The position numbers were made by a program, and so were the translations under genes. Positions 20,189 to 30,988 of a stretch of DNA of 64,000 nucleotides are shown one piece after another. How positions within the stretch are numbered: the stretch's first letter is position 1; every line of letters begins with the position of its first letter. This DNA is from an uncultured Phycisphaerales bacterium (GTDB lineage: Bacteria > Planctomycetota > Phycisphaerae > Sedimentisphaerales > Anaerobacaceae): contig CAVYYI010000003.1 of NCBI GenBank assembly GCA_963772725.1, positions 416,001 to 480,000 on the forward strand, read 5' to 3'. The notes beneath the pieces are model-generated. The model saw nothing but the letters and a program-made list of their open reading frames with translations, did not search any database and was not told the DNA's origin.

Positions 20189-21724
20189 GTAATGGGTCAG
20201 TTATGGGTGGGCAGGTGCAGGTTATGATGAGTCGGCACGGAGGAGAACTTTGGAAAGGTCTATATCAGGCTGTTCGGCAAGTTTGTTGAGTGCAGACTTG
20301 AAGGCATCAACAACATCCGGACATCTTTTTCGCATAGTATGTAATACCGTCATAAGAATCTCACGCGTTTTTGCCCCATCTTCAGATTGAGAGCCGAAAC
20401 TTATCTTTCTGGCAATAACAAGCGGACGCAGTTCCCGTTCAGCCAAATTGTTATCTGCCGGTACCTTACGGTCATCGGCCCAGTGGTAAAGCCTATCGGC
20501 CTTTTCACGAAAAATATCCTGCATATTCTGGATGGCCGGATGGTTGGCATGGTGATTAACAATATCGATGATGGCTCTCTTAATTTTAGCTGCCTGCCGC
20601 TTAAACTGTCGGTCTGTTATATCTAATGTGCGAAGGCTGATTGCATTAGCCAACTGGGAGACCAACGCTTCAACGAAAGACCTGATTTCCACGTTTTCGG
20701 GAAAATCTTTTTCCAAATCCTTAACATTACGCAATAGATGTGCATAACAATATTGAATCTTACAAGGCATCCTATTGTAGCCGTTATAGCGATCCACAAC
20801 CAGAACACCCGGCAAGGGCTTTTCGCCAAAAACCTCTTTGGCTACACGGGCAGAACGGCTGGAGCGGAATCGAAAGATACTAATATCAGGCGTGCAAAAC
20901 AGCCACGAGAAACCGTTCTGGCCGTCTGTCCGCCAACCAGTCTCATCAGCGTGCTTAACAGCGGCCTTGCGATAGTCTTCTATGAGTGATTTGGGAACAT
21001 CTTTCAATATCCCTGCCAACTGGTGCAAAGCGTCAACTATACTGCTGTAGCCGATGCCTGTTTGTTTTTCTATCTGACCCAGTGTATTGCCATAGATATA
21101 GTGCTGTACTGCCACATAGACAAGCAGATTATTCGAATATAAACACTTTGGCAGAACACCAGGAGGTTTGGCGGCAACTACCTTTTGGCATCGCGGACAA
21201 TACTTGCGTTCCAAATTATACAGAAGCTTTTTTATCTTAACAGGCTGGCAATCAATTACCGCTCGTTGTCTTGTGCCTTTGTTCTCCAAAACGCTTCCGC
21301 AATCAGGGCATATATCGGCTGCCTCAACCCTTTGCACATAGTCCGCATCTTTTTCACAGACACCGGTTCTGCCGTGACCTTTATGACCTGTTTTGCCTCC
21401 GCCGCAATTATTTGTGTGTTCTATCTGACAATTCGGCTTAATGGGAATTTTAGCGGATGGCGTGGATGAGCCGAAAAAACCTTCTTGGGCTGTCCTTTCC
21501 TTGTGTCGTAATTTTGCCTTGAGTGAAACTATCTGTTCCTGAAGCTCATCGATTTTACGTTGTTTTTCAAGGCATTGCTGACAGTAAATCATCTGCGTTT
21601 ATTCCCGATTTGTTTGTCTTATCTCATCAAACTGTGGATTTTATCGGAAATCCTACGCCATAAACTTGAGCACCTTAATACTTACAGCAAAATCAATATC
21701 TCCCACCCATAACTGACCCATTAC
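20189..21724 (-). mobile_element. IS66-family insertion sequence, single-ORF (ISBst12-like) type
   Basis: Perfect 23-bp terminal inverted repeats GTAATGGGTCAGTTATGGGTGGG (20189-20211, 21702-21724); 8-bp target duplication AAAAAATA on both sides. Confidence 0.95.
20222..21592 (-). CDS. IS66 transposase TnpC
   Basis: Coiled coil, CPDCG/CPRC zinc finger, HADETGW, VDRY, QYCYAHLLR, DNNLAERELR. Confidence 0.95.
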   Translation of the reverse strand: MIYCQQCLEKQRKIDELQEQIVSLKAKLRHKERTAQEGFFGSSTPSAKIPIKPNCQIEHTNNCGGGKTGHKGHGRTGVCEKDADYVQRVEAADICPDCGSVLENKGTRQRAVIDCQPVKIKKLLYNLERKYCPRCQKVVAAKPPGVLPKCLYSNNLLVYVAVQHYIYGNTLGQIEKQTGIGYSSIVDALHQLAGILKDVPKSLIEDYRKAAVKHADETGWRTDGQNGFSWLFCTPDISIFRFRSSRSARVAKEVFGEKPLPGVLVVDRYNGYNRMPCKIQYCYAHLLRNVKDLEKDFPENVEIRSFVEALVSQLANAISLRTLDITDRQFKRQAAKIKRAIIDIVNHHANHPAIQNMQDIFREKADRLYHWADDRKVPADNNLAERELRPLVIARKISFGSQSEDGAKTREILMTVLHTMRKRCPDVVDAFKSALNKLAEQPDIDLSKVLLRADSS

Positions 21725-21814
21725 AAAAAATATGGGATAGGAAGGGAACATCGTATCCCAGGTGCAGGATATTAAAGGCTTGACACATAGAGTAAAATTA
21801 GTTAAAAAAGCGGA

Positions 21815-22519
21815 ATGATGGAACAAGAGACCTTGCAACGTATTGAGCAAATAACAGGTTATAAGTTCTCCGATGCCGATTTGCTGCAGAAGGCATTAAC
21901 GCATTCTTCAGCGGTGGAACAGCGGGTTTTAAGCAATGAAAGACTCGAATTTTTCGGCGATGCCGTCCTCGGTGTGGTTATCTGTCAAATCCTTTTCGAG
22001 CAATTCCCAAACTATTTAGAGGGCAGTCTTACAAAAATAAAAAGTGCGATTGTCTCACGTCGGATTTGTTCAAAAGTTGCCAAACAGCTTGGCCTGGTAC
22101 AGTTTTTGAAAGTCGGCAAGGGTATGATGTTGAGCCGTTCATTGACTGGTTCACTTGCCGCCGGAGTGGTTGAAGCTGTCATCGGCGCTATTTATATTGA
22201 CGGCGGGTTTGATGCCGCTAGAAAATTTGTTTTGAAGGCGTTTGGCGAATTTGTCCGCCAGGCTGATGCACAGCAGTCCCAGGGCAATTTCAAATCCGTC
22301 CTGCAGCAATATGCCCATCAGCATTTTAATACTACCCCGGTTTACCGGCTGCTCGATGAAAAAGGCCCTGACCACAGCAAATGCTTTGAAATACAGGCGG
22401 TTATTGCTTCGCGTCATTTTACCAGTGCATGGGGTGTAACCAAAAAAGAGGCAGAACAAAAAGCTGCCTTTAATGCCCTGGCTGAACTCGGTGCGGTTGA
22501 AGGCACAATGTCAGACTAA
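21815..22519 (+). CDS. rnc: Ribonuclease III
   Basis: ALTHSS, NERLEFFGDAVL, EAVIGAIYIDGG, C-terminal dsRBD. Confidence 0.97.
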   Translation: MMEQETLQRIEQITGYKFSDADLLQKALTHSSAVEQRVLSNERLEFFGDAVLGVVICQILFEQFPNYLEGSLTKIKSAIVSRRICSKVAKQLGLVQFLKVGKGMMLSRSLTGSLAAGVVEAVIGAIYIDGGFDAARKFVLKAFGEFVRQADAQQSQGNFKSVLQQYAHQHFNTTPVYRLLDEKGPDHSKCFEIQAVIASRHFTSAWGVTKKEAEQKAAFNALAELGAVEGTMSD

Positions 22520-22548
22520 GAGGGTTGAAGCAAAGCAGGTCTGTTAGA

Positions 22549-22800
22549 TTATGTGTTAATCAGCCAAGCCGCCGCAAGTAAAATAACAGCGGCAATCGCC
22601 ATAAAACCGATTATGGAGCCGAATAATATTATAACTTCTCTAAAAAAGCCGATTAGAGTTATTTCCTGCACTTTCGTCGCTTTATAGGCGATTACTATCG
22701 CCGCCGTCAGCGGCAGAAGCCACAACATCGCCTGAGGGTTCGTGCTGATATCCTGTGGAATGGTAAAAGTCGCAATCAAAGATATAATTCCAGCCGTCAT
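22549..22800 (-). CDS. Small hypothetical membrane protein
   Basis: 83 aa, two TM helices, WLLPL...YKATK; starts 2 nt after the upstream stop. Confidence 0.7.
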   Translation of the reverse strand: MTAGIISLIATFTIPQDISTNPQAMLWLLPLTAAIVIAYKATKVQEITLIGFFREVIILFGSIIGFMAIAAVILLAAAWLINT

Positions 22801-22802
22801 TT

Positions 22803-23189
22803 TTAGTTTCCTGCTTCCATACTTCGGACATGTGCCATTTGCACAGAATTTACAATGCACAAAAGGTTCAGCAGACCGGCGATAACAGTATAAATCTGGC
22901 CGATTTCGTTGGGTTTTCCATACACATCATACTGCCCGCCGACCGTATAATGCCCCAAAATCGCCACTATCGGCGTGGTGCACATCTGTCCCAGGTAAGG
23001 CCACGTATTGACCGGGTCAACAACGCCGATTGAGCCGATATATAAACCCAGGCAAAATGTCAGAACGATAGAAAAAAGTATAATTGTCGCCCGCTTGTTT
23101 TCTTTTAACAGGAAATATCCCCCGCCTGGTAATATCCATCCGGCGGCGGCGACGAAAAACATCTGCGAAATTTGGTCCTGTTTTTTCAT
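22803..23189 (-). CDS. Hypothetical membrane protein (DUF6677-like)
   Basis: GWILPGGGYF...IGQIYTVIAGLLNLL pattern. Confidence 0.7.
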   Translation of the reverse strand: MKKQDQISQMFFVAAAGWILPGGGYFLLKENKRATIILFSIVLTFCLGLYIGSIGVVDPVNTWPYLGQMCTTPIVAILGHYTVGGQYDVYGKPNEIGQIYTVIAGLLNLLCIVNSVQMAHVRSMEAGN

Positions 23190-23206
23190 TAGCTGCGTAA
23201 GAAACC

Positions 23207-25483
23207 TTAGTCGCCAAAATCCATAGGTATCTCTTCGGGCATCGGTATTTGAATCTTATTGGCATCCTCAGTCGCTTTGTAATTTGTGCGATAAAGAATA
23301 TCCTGTGGGTTAAAATACACAGCGGCCAGACTCTGGGACTTTTTAATATCCTGCTTGAAGGCCTCGATACCCTTGATACTGCCAAATTCGTTTTCGTTGA
23401 GACGGCGAACCGTCAGCTTTTGGATGGCTAAATACGCCATATCCGGTTTAAATTCCATAACTATCGGTAAAGATTTCGGACTGTTAGCATCCGCGGGGAT
23501 AAGAGAATAAATTTTATCCGTGAGCTGACGTTCCTTTTTGGAATCATCCATAATCAGGCGAAATTCCGCCCGCCCAAAGTTCTGCATCGCAAGAGCCTCT
23601 AAGTCGGCATCACATGTCCTGCGCAATCGTTTGAATTCCTGTATTTGAAAATCATTCGCCTCAGCGGGATTTTGTTTGCTTTTTTGACCGTACTGCTCTT
23701 CAAATTTTTTAGATGCCGCCTTCCACCCCTCTTTCGATGCCAGTGAAATAAATTCATTCGCCTTGTTTTTTGCCGTTTCCATCGCCGCGAGTTTCTTCAA
23801 ATCCTCGACAACAAGCCCCTTAACGGAATAAGTCTCTTTAGCCGCGTCATTTGAATCCGCTTTGCCCAGATTAATCGAGGTTTTGCTGAAAGTCAGGTCT
23901 ATATTTGCCGGAACCTCGGCTTTTTGTGCCTGCACAACACGAACAACCGCGGCACTGTGACCGCTTAAATCAAAAGACATTCTGCCGCGTATATCCTTGA
24001 GCGGACCGATATTTTCATACATTCGAGGCTGCGGTACATCGAAAACTCCGAGATGACTTAGTTTTAATTCTTCTATCGAGAAGACTATTTCCGTAAGGCT
24101 CACAGGATTATATCCTATACCCAAAGCGTACAGCTTGCCAAGATACTTGTCCTGCGCATATCAGCAGGACTGAGAAGTCCGGTTTCGCCTGCATAAACTT
24201 TAATCTTGTATTTGCCGCTCAATTCTTCGGCGGCGGCTTTATAATCACCTGCCAGCTTTTTGTATTCCTCTGCGCTGAGTTTTGTTATGTCCTGATTCAG
24301 CTTTTCAAGCCCAGCTTCAGTGAGCTTTTTTGCATCCAGCATTATTCTATCGGCTTTTGCGTTTACACCGTTTTGGAAAAGCTGCATTGAAATCAGATTG
24401 GCGACCTCGGCATAAGACTTAATACGCCGCTCAGGCTGCCTTGTTCGGGTCGTTAATATCCGCCAGCACCTCCTCGGCAATGGGAGGCCGCTCTTTGTTC
24501 TTTTGATAAAAATCCCTGCACTCCTCTTCTGTCGGCGCTGGTACTATGGTCTTAATATCCTCAAGCCTGACCGCAATATATTCGAGCTTGACTGCTTCAG
24601 AAAGCTTATACCCGAAACCATAAGGATTTTCCTGAGTTGGATTGCCGGCGAACTGACTTTTGTATTTTTCAAATTGCTCCGCCAGTTTCCCCGCTGAGGG
24701 TTCAGCCTGACTTTTGCTGAACAGTTCCACCTCGATTTTAACAAAATTGACGTCCATTGTTTCGCTGTTGAGACTTGCCGCGAGCCTAAGCTGCTGATTG
24801 GTTACATCTTCAGAAGAACACCTCATTGAGCTATACTGCAACACCGCCATAAGTTTACCGAACATCGACAGAAATTTGTCCTCTGAAACACTGTGACGGT
24901 TTATTATCGACCCCACCAGCTTGGAGTATGTCGCCCCGGTGGACATTTGAGGTATAAGTCTTCTAAGCTGTTCGGCGACGTTTTCATTTGATACGTATAT
25001 CCCTGCCTCTTCCGCCTCTTTTTTAAGGAGAATCCAGCATATTACCCGGTCCGCTGATTTACTGTAAATTTCACTTAACTGCTTGCCGCTTATGCTGTAA
25101 TTGTTTCTTCTTATCAGGTCTTCAACCCGGCTAATCATCACAGGGGAAACCTGCGGGTTGGCAAACAGCAGTTCGCCCATAAAAAAGCCCTTAAGGTCTG
25201 GCACATTAAAGCCCGGCGCAGGGATGCTTCGTAATATATCGCCAGCACCAAAGCCAAAGCCCCCAAAACCTTGCAGAATTTCCAGTTCCTGCCTGGCCGC
25301 TCGCAAATCATCGACCGTTATTTTTTTATTGCCATGATAGGTGGCTATGACTTTGCCTCGCCCCATCCTCGCGTAGCCAAGCTGGCGAATATACGCATCG
25401 CCGACAAAGCCTATCATTAAAATAACGACTACAACCGCCATTATTCGCTTGTTATTCTTACGGAACCATTTCATTAAATTCAT
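23207..25483 (-). CDS. PpiD/SurA-N-like membrane-anchored periplasmic chaperone (two frameshifts)
   Basis: MKWFRKNNKRIMAVVVVILMIGF anchor typical of PpiD; three overlapping ORFs on the same strand. Confidence 0.65.
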
Positions 25484-25635
25484 ATTTTACGCTCCAAACT
25501 TCACCATTTATATTGTTATAAAACTTTGAAGTATAAGCAATTTCCGCACCTTTGCAAGAAAAATAGCATTTTGTCAGCACTCGCAGCACTCGCTTCCGAA
25601 TAGCCAAGTTTGGCGAGGAAAATAACCGAAACGGT

Positions 25636-26497
25636 TTATCTACGGGGGGAAAATTTATAGCTCAGGAGTTTATAGAGGAGTTTAGCGGCGAGGAAGTCGG
25701 AGGATTTGTCGATTTTGTTCGGGCAAAGCTCAACAATATCAAAGCCGACGATATTCTTTTTCGCGGCGACGGTTTTGAGTAAAGCCAGCACCTCGTACCA
25801 TAATAATCCACCCGGCTCCGGTGTGCCTGTTGAGGGCATTATTGAGGGGTCGAAGACATCCAAATCAATTGTGATGTAAACATTTTTAGTTAATTTCGAG
25901 ATTACCTTTTTAATCCAGCCGCTTTTGCCGTGAATATCCTCGGCGAAAAATACCCGCTGCCTGTTCGAGAAACGGTTTCTCGCTCGAGTCCATACTTCTT
26001 ATTCCAACCTGGACAATCGGGGCGATTTCTCTGGCGCGGGCCATAACGCAGGCATGATTACATTTTGAACCGTGATATTCCTCCCGTGTGTCAGAATGGG
26101 CATCAAGCTGAAGTATTGTTATATCTTTGTGGTTTTCGACATGAGCCGCAATGCTGCCAATACTTACCGAATGTTCACCGCCAAGCAAAACGACAAATTT
26201 GCCTTTGCCGATATAACCGCTGACCCTCTGCTTGACAGCCTGAGACATCGCCTCTGGTGAGGAGTTCTGCTTTACCGGCTTATCGGTGAATATGCCGATT
26301 TTATAAACTTCAGAATCGGTCTCGATATCGTAAAGTTCCATATTGCCGGAGGCTTGTATAAGGGCATCCGGGCCTTTGTCGGCGCCCTTGAGCCAGGTGC
26401 TTGTTCCATCATAAGGTACCGGCACGATGACCGTCTTTGACGAACCGACAGCGGAGTATTGTTTTGGCAAATCCCCAAAATTTATAAAATGCTTCAT
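25636..26497 (-). CDS. speB: Agmatinase (frameshift near 25950)
   Basis: GGEHS, LDAHSD, TIDLDVFDPS, TGTPEPGG. Confidence 0.92.
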
Positions 26498-26499
26498 AA

Positions 26500-27048
26500 C
26501 TAATCAAACAGGAACATCGCGATAGCCACGGTTGTCGTCCACATTCCTTTTTTGCCGCAGGCGGTTTGTGTCATATTTGAGGTCCTGATTATCAGGCCGC
26601 TGGATTTATAGACCTGTTCCTTTTCTGACCAGTCCTTGTTCGGGTCAACTTCAAGACCCAAAGTCGTGCCGAGCATATCAGCCGCTAAGTCTTCCGAGAG
26701 GTCGCCCGCTTCCTGCTGGTTCATACCGTAATTATGCACTTCGCTGAGGTAGCCCCAATTGTTCCTGTCCTTGGGCACGGCGATTCCTATGGAAGAAGCT
26801 ATCATCCTGCCCGGTTCATTGGTTTCCGCCCTGGCCATAACGCAAAAACATATTGAGCCCGGAAGAAGCTGCTTCATACCGTTTTCACGGCTTATCATCT
26901 TGCAGTTAGGAGGCAAAATGGAAGAAACCTGCACAAGATTCTGCTGAGCCACCCCTGCTTTTCGCAATGCTTCCTCGAATGATTTGAGTTGGTATTTATG
27001 CCGCCCGACGCCTTTGGTCAAAAAAATCCTTGTGGGAACAAGATTCAT
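26500..27048 (-). CDS. Pyruvoyl-dependent arginine decarboxylase
   Basis: SFEEALR, NLVQVSSILPP self-cleavage site, GYLSE; AAGGAG RBS; adjacent to agmatinase. Confidence 0.92.
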   Translation of the reverse strand: MNLVPTRIFLTKGVGRHKYQLKSFEEALRKAGVAQQNLVQVSSILPPNCKMISRENGMKQLLPGSICFCVMARAETNEPGRMIASSIGIAVPKDRNNWGYLSEVHNYGMNQQEAGDLSEDLAADMLGTTLGLEVDPNKDWSEKEQVYKSSGLIIRTSNMTQTACGKKGMWTTTVAIAMFLFD

Positions 27049-27091
27049 TATTAGCTCTCCTTGTATTCCACTTTTAATTTTATAAGTTTTT

Positions 27092-27169
27092 TTACTCATT
27101 ATTACGTGTACCCAGGCTTCGGCTTCGGATAAATATGGCGCCGGTCTCTTTTCCTGTTAAACCTTTCAT
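27092..27169 (-). other. Candidate leader-peptide uORF
   Basis: ATG at 27169; as read MKGLTGKETGAIFIRSRSLGTRNNE, or with one extra A MKRFNRKRDRRHIYPKPKPGYT followed by TAA TAA TGA. Confidence 0.45.
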
Positions 27170-27404
27170 ATAATCCAAAAAGATTACAAATAGGTGATTA
27201 TGCAATATTCTTATGTTATTTAGCAATAGAAATTTTAGAAAATTATCCGCAAAACTCAATTTTTTTTCATCGAGATAAAAACTGACCGAAACCATAAATT
27301 TTTCTCTTACATATTATCGGCGTTATTTATTAACTTGACTAACAAAAGTTTTCATGTACATTGTGTAACCGAACAGTATTTTATAATTTTATACTGCAAA
27401 ATTT

Positions 27405-28349
27405 ATGGCAACAGGTTCATCGGTAAATAAAGGTGTTTTCACCGCCGCTGTATGCGGCAACAGGCAGATTGGCACAAGGTTCTTTAAGCTCACGCTGCGG
27501 TTTGCCGGCAGAGGCGCAAAAGCCTTCGCAAAGACCTGCCCAGGCCAGTTCGCAGAGATTGACCTGTCAAATACCGCGATGCCGGCGGAGGAAAAAATAC
27601 CCGAAAAGTTCGCCGATTCCGCAAAACGAAAAATCCTTCTGCGAAGACCTTTCAGCTTCTCCGATACCGTTATAAAAAATAACAGCACGCTTGTTGAAAT
27701 CCTTTATTGCGTGGCAGGACCGGCGAGTATGCGAATGACAATGCTCGCTCCGAGTGATTCGGTCAGCGTGATTGGGCCATTAGGGAACGGCTTTTCCATG
27801 CCGAAAAATAAAAAGACCGCCCTGTTAGTTATCGGCGGAATGGGAGCAGGCCCCCTGCTGCACCTGGCCAAGTTCCTTCGGCAGAAACATCCTCGAATCG
27901 AAATAGCAGCCTTTGTCGGCGTTAAAACCGCAAAGGAACTGCCCTTTAAAGCACCGGCTAAATCTCAAATCAAGCCTGAACCATCGCTTTGCCTGGCGGA
28001 ATTGACAAAGTACAAAATAAAATCTCTGCTTACTACCGACGATGGCTCACTGGGCGGTAAGGGGTTTGTTACCCATAGCCTGGCGGACTGGCTTAACAGA
28101 AAAAAACCTCTTGAAAAGGACACCATCATTTATAGTTGCGGCCCAGAAAAGATGCTTGCGGCAGTGGCGGCGATAGCACAGAAACACAATATAGACTGCC
28201 AGCTCAGTATGGAACGAATGATGGCCTGCGGCATCGGATTGTGCCAGAGCTGCGCTGTGGAATGTAAAGCTGACGACAAAGGCGAAACTATTTATAAGCT
28301 CTGCTGCAAAGACGGCCCAGTTTTTGACAGTAAACAAGTTATCTTTTAA
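27405..28349 (+). CDS. pyrK: Dihydroorotate dehydrogenase electron-transfer subunit
   Basis: LRRPFS, GPLGNGF, GGMG, CGP, MACGIGLCQSC...CKDGPVF. Confidence 0.93.
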   Translation: MATGSSVNKGVFTAAVCGNRQIGTRFFKLTLRFAGRGAKAFAKTCPGQFAEIDLSNTAMPAEEKIPEKFADSAKRKILLRRPFSFSDTVIKNNSTLVEILYCVAGPASMRMTMLAPSDSVSVIGPLGNGFSMPKNKKTALLVIGGMGAGPLLHLAKFLRQKHPRIEIAAFVGVKTAKELPFKAPAKSQIKPEPSLCLAELTKYKIKSLLTTDDGSLGGKGFVTHSLADWLNRKKPLEKDTIIYSCGPEKMLAAVAAIAQKHNIDCQLSMERMMACGIGLCQSCAVECKADDKGETIYKLCCKDGPVFDSKQVIF

Positions 28350-28351
28350 CT

Positions 28352-29290
28352 ATGAAACAAACCGTTGATATATCAGTTGATTTTGCGGGAATAAAGCTGG
28401 CCAATCCAGTCTTCACCGCATCCGGCACATGCGGCTATGCCGATGAATTGGCGGATTTTACAGATGTAAATAAACTCGGCGGGTTTATCACCAAAAGCAT
28501 TACTGTTAAACCCAGAAAAGGCAATCCCACCCCGAGAATAGTCGAAACGGATTCAGGAATGCTCAATGCTATCGGCCTGGCGAATATCGGGCTGGAAAGA
28601 TTCATAAAAGAAAAGCTGCCAATCCTCGAAAAACTCTCCCCCGCCGTCTTTGTCAACGTAGCAGGGCAGACTATCGAGGAATATGTCGCCGTTACAGAGC
28701 GTCTCGCACAGGAAAAAGCCATCACCGGCTTTGAGCTTAATATCAGTTGCCCGAACGTCAAACAGGGAGGCATAACTTTCGGCACTGATCCTATCCAGGT
28801 TGCGCAGGTAACAAAGGCCGTCAAAGCCGCCTGCGGCAAAAAAATCCTCATGGTCAAACTCTCGCCGAACGTTACCGATATAAGCGTAACCGCTCGCGCC
28901 GCCGTCGATGCCGGCGCCGACGCCCTTAGCCTGATAAATACCTTTACCGCGATGGTGATTAATATTGAAACCGCAAAACCGGCACTTGCCAACCGAACAG
29001 GCGGCCTTTCCGGCCCGGCGATTAAACCTATCGCCGTCTATATGGTCAGCAAAGTTTATAACGAGGTGACAAAAAATACCGGAATTCCCATTCTCGGCCT
29101 GGGCGGCATCCGCAACGCATCCGACGCGATTGAATTTATCATCGCCGGAGCCTCAGCCGTCGCCGTAGGAACTGCGAATTTCATGGAGCCAAACACCACT
29201 GCCAAAATCGTTGACGGCATAAAAAAATATTGCCTGCGAAAAAACATAACCAGCCTAAAACACCTTACCGGCTCTTTAATCACAACCTAA
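28352..29290 (+). CDS. pyrD: Dihydroorotate dehydrogenase class 1B catalytic subunit
   Basis: ASGTCG, NAIGLAN, ELNISCPN, KLSPN, GGLSGPAIKP. Confidence 0.95.
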   Translation: MKQTVDISVDFAGIKLANPVFTASGTCGYADELADFTDVNKLGGFITKSITVKPRKGNPTPRIVETDSGMLNAIGLANIGLERFIKEKLPILEKLSPAVFVNVAGQTIEEYVAVTERLAQEKAITGFELNISCPNVKQGGITFGTDPIQVAQVTKAVKAACGKKILMVKLSPNVTDISVTARAAVDAGADALSLINTFTAMVINIETAKPALANRTGGLSGPAIKPIAVYMVSKVYNEVTKNTGIPILGLGGIRNASDAIEFIIAGASAVAVGTANFMEPNTTAKIVDGIKKYCLRKNITSLKHLTGSLITT

Positions 29291-29415
29291 ACCAGATAAG
29301 GACAGAGAGAAATTACACCACAGGCAGCATGATTTGCTTTGACTATAAGCCAATTTGATAATACTATATTAGGCTGTATTATTATTTAAGTTGCAGTTTG
29401 AGGAGCTCACTGAAA

Positions 29416-30393
29416 GTGGAATTTGATCTTGATTACGCACGAAACGTTATTCAAACCGAGGCACAGGCGATTATGTCTGTGGCGAACATTGTCGATAAGT
29501 CTTTTGCCAAGGCCGCGGAGATGATTTATGCCTGCAAGGGTTCTGTAATTCTCAGCGGTATCGGTAAGGCCGGAATCATCGGTCGCAAAATCAGCGCGAC
29601 CCTCGCATCTACCGGCACACCGAGCCATTTTCTACACCCCGCGGAGGCTGTCCACGGCGATTTGGGCAGACTCAGGAAAGATGACATTGTGATAGTTCTC
29701 AGTCATGGCGGCGAAACCGATGAAGTTACCCGCCTTATCAATCTTGTTAAGCAGTTAAGAATCAAACTCATCGCCATTACAGGCGACGGCGACTCCACCC
29801 TGAGCAGGCATAGTGACGTAACACTGTGCATGGGCAAACAAACCGAGGCCTGCCCGCTCGGCATTGCGCCAAGCGTTTCCACCACCTGCATGCTCGCTAT
29901 CGGCGATGCGCTGGCGTTTACTGTGATGAAGGCCCGTAATTTCAGCGTCGAGGATTACGTCAGGTTTCATCCCGGTGGGTCACTGGGTACAAAATTAATG
30001 ACTGTTGAACAGTCGATGATGTTCAGGCCGGGAGAAAAATTACCAATCGTAAATACAGGCGATACCATCGAACAGCTACTCAAAAAAACAACCGATGTCA
30101 AACGTCACGGCGCCGTGATGGTTGTCGATAAAAAGGGCAGTCTCGCCGGTATAATTACCGATGCGGATATTCGGCGTCTCATCACCGGGCAGGGCGAAAA
30201 AGCTTTCGAATTTATAGTCACTGACGTAATGACGCCGAACTGTAAAAAAATCCGAATCGATGCCCTTGCCGCCGAGGCGACCGCTCTTTTTCATAAGTAC
30301 AGAATTGATGAACTGCCCGTTGTTGACGGCGACGATAAGCCGGTTGGCTTAATCGACGTGCAGGATGTTTTAACGATAAAAGTGGTAGGATGA
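29416..30393 (+). CDS. kdsD: Arabinose-5-phosphate isomerase KpsF/GutQ (SIS plus CBS)
   Basis: GIGKAG, ASTGTPS, EAVHGDLG, FHPGGSLG, CBS pair. Confidence 0.93.
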   Translation: MEFDLDYARNVIQTEAQAIMSVANIVDKSFAKAAEMIYACKGSVILSGIGKAGIIGRKISATLASTGTPSHFLHPAEAVHGDLGRLRKDDIVIVLSHGGETDEVTRLINLVKQLRIKLIAITGDGDSTLSRHSDVTLCMGKQTEACPLGIAPSVSTTCMLAIGDALAFTVMKARNFSVEDYVRFHPGGSLGTKLMTVEQSMMFRPGEKLPIVNTGDTIEQLLKKTTDVKRHGAVMVVDKKGSLAGIITDADIRRLITGQGEKAFEFIVTDVMTPNCKKIRIDALAAEATALFHKYRIDELPVVDGDDKPVGLIDVQDVLTIKVVG

Positions 30394-30443
30394 AAACAAC
30401 TGCCCTGAATATCACCAAATATTTATAACATGAACTAAAACAA

Positions 30444-30969
30444 ATGAAGAAAAAACAAAAGATTAATTTTGCCGAAATAAAACTTTTGGTGGTGGATGTT
30501 GACGGCGTTCTCACCGATGGCACAATTGCTGTCAATGATAACGGCTCTGAAAGTAAATTCTTCAATTCTCTTGACGGACATGGTATTAGGATGTCGCAGC
30601 GCGCCGGACTTGAAATCGCCATCCTGAGCGGCAGAAATTCCAAATCCACCGCGCAGGGCAAAGGAACTCGGTATTAAAAACGTTCTCCAGAACTGCCACA
30701 ATAAACTCCCCGCTCTTGACAGGCTGCTCAAAAAATTGAAACTCGCGGCTCATCAGACCGCTTATATCGGTGACGACCTGCCGGATATTCCTGTGATGAG
30801 ATGCGTCGGTTTCGGCGTCGCCGTCGCCAACGCCTCAAAGGAGACAAAACAATACGCGGATTACATAACCGTACGTCCCGGCGGAAACGGCGCCGTCAGA
30901 GAAGTTGTTGAATATATTCTTAAAAATACAGGTAAATGGAATGAACTGATGAAAAGATATTTGCAATAA
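30444..30969 (+). CDS. kdsC: KDO 8-phosphate phosphatase (frameshift near 30655)
   Basis: DVDGVLTDG, IGDDLPD, GGNGAVRE. Confidence 0.92.
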
Positions 30970-30988
30970 ATATTAAGAGGGACCTTTT

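Noticed and set aside
25575..25608. CIRCE-like AGCACTC
   Set aside because: It is a direct repeat (CAGCACTCG x2); the GAGTGCTAA right arm is absent
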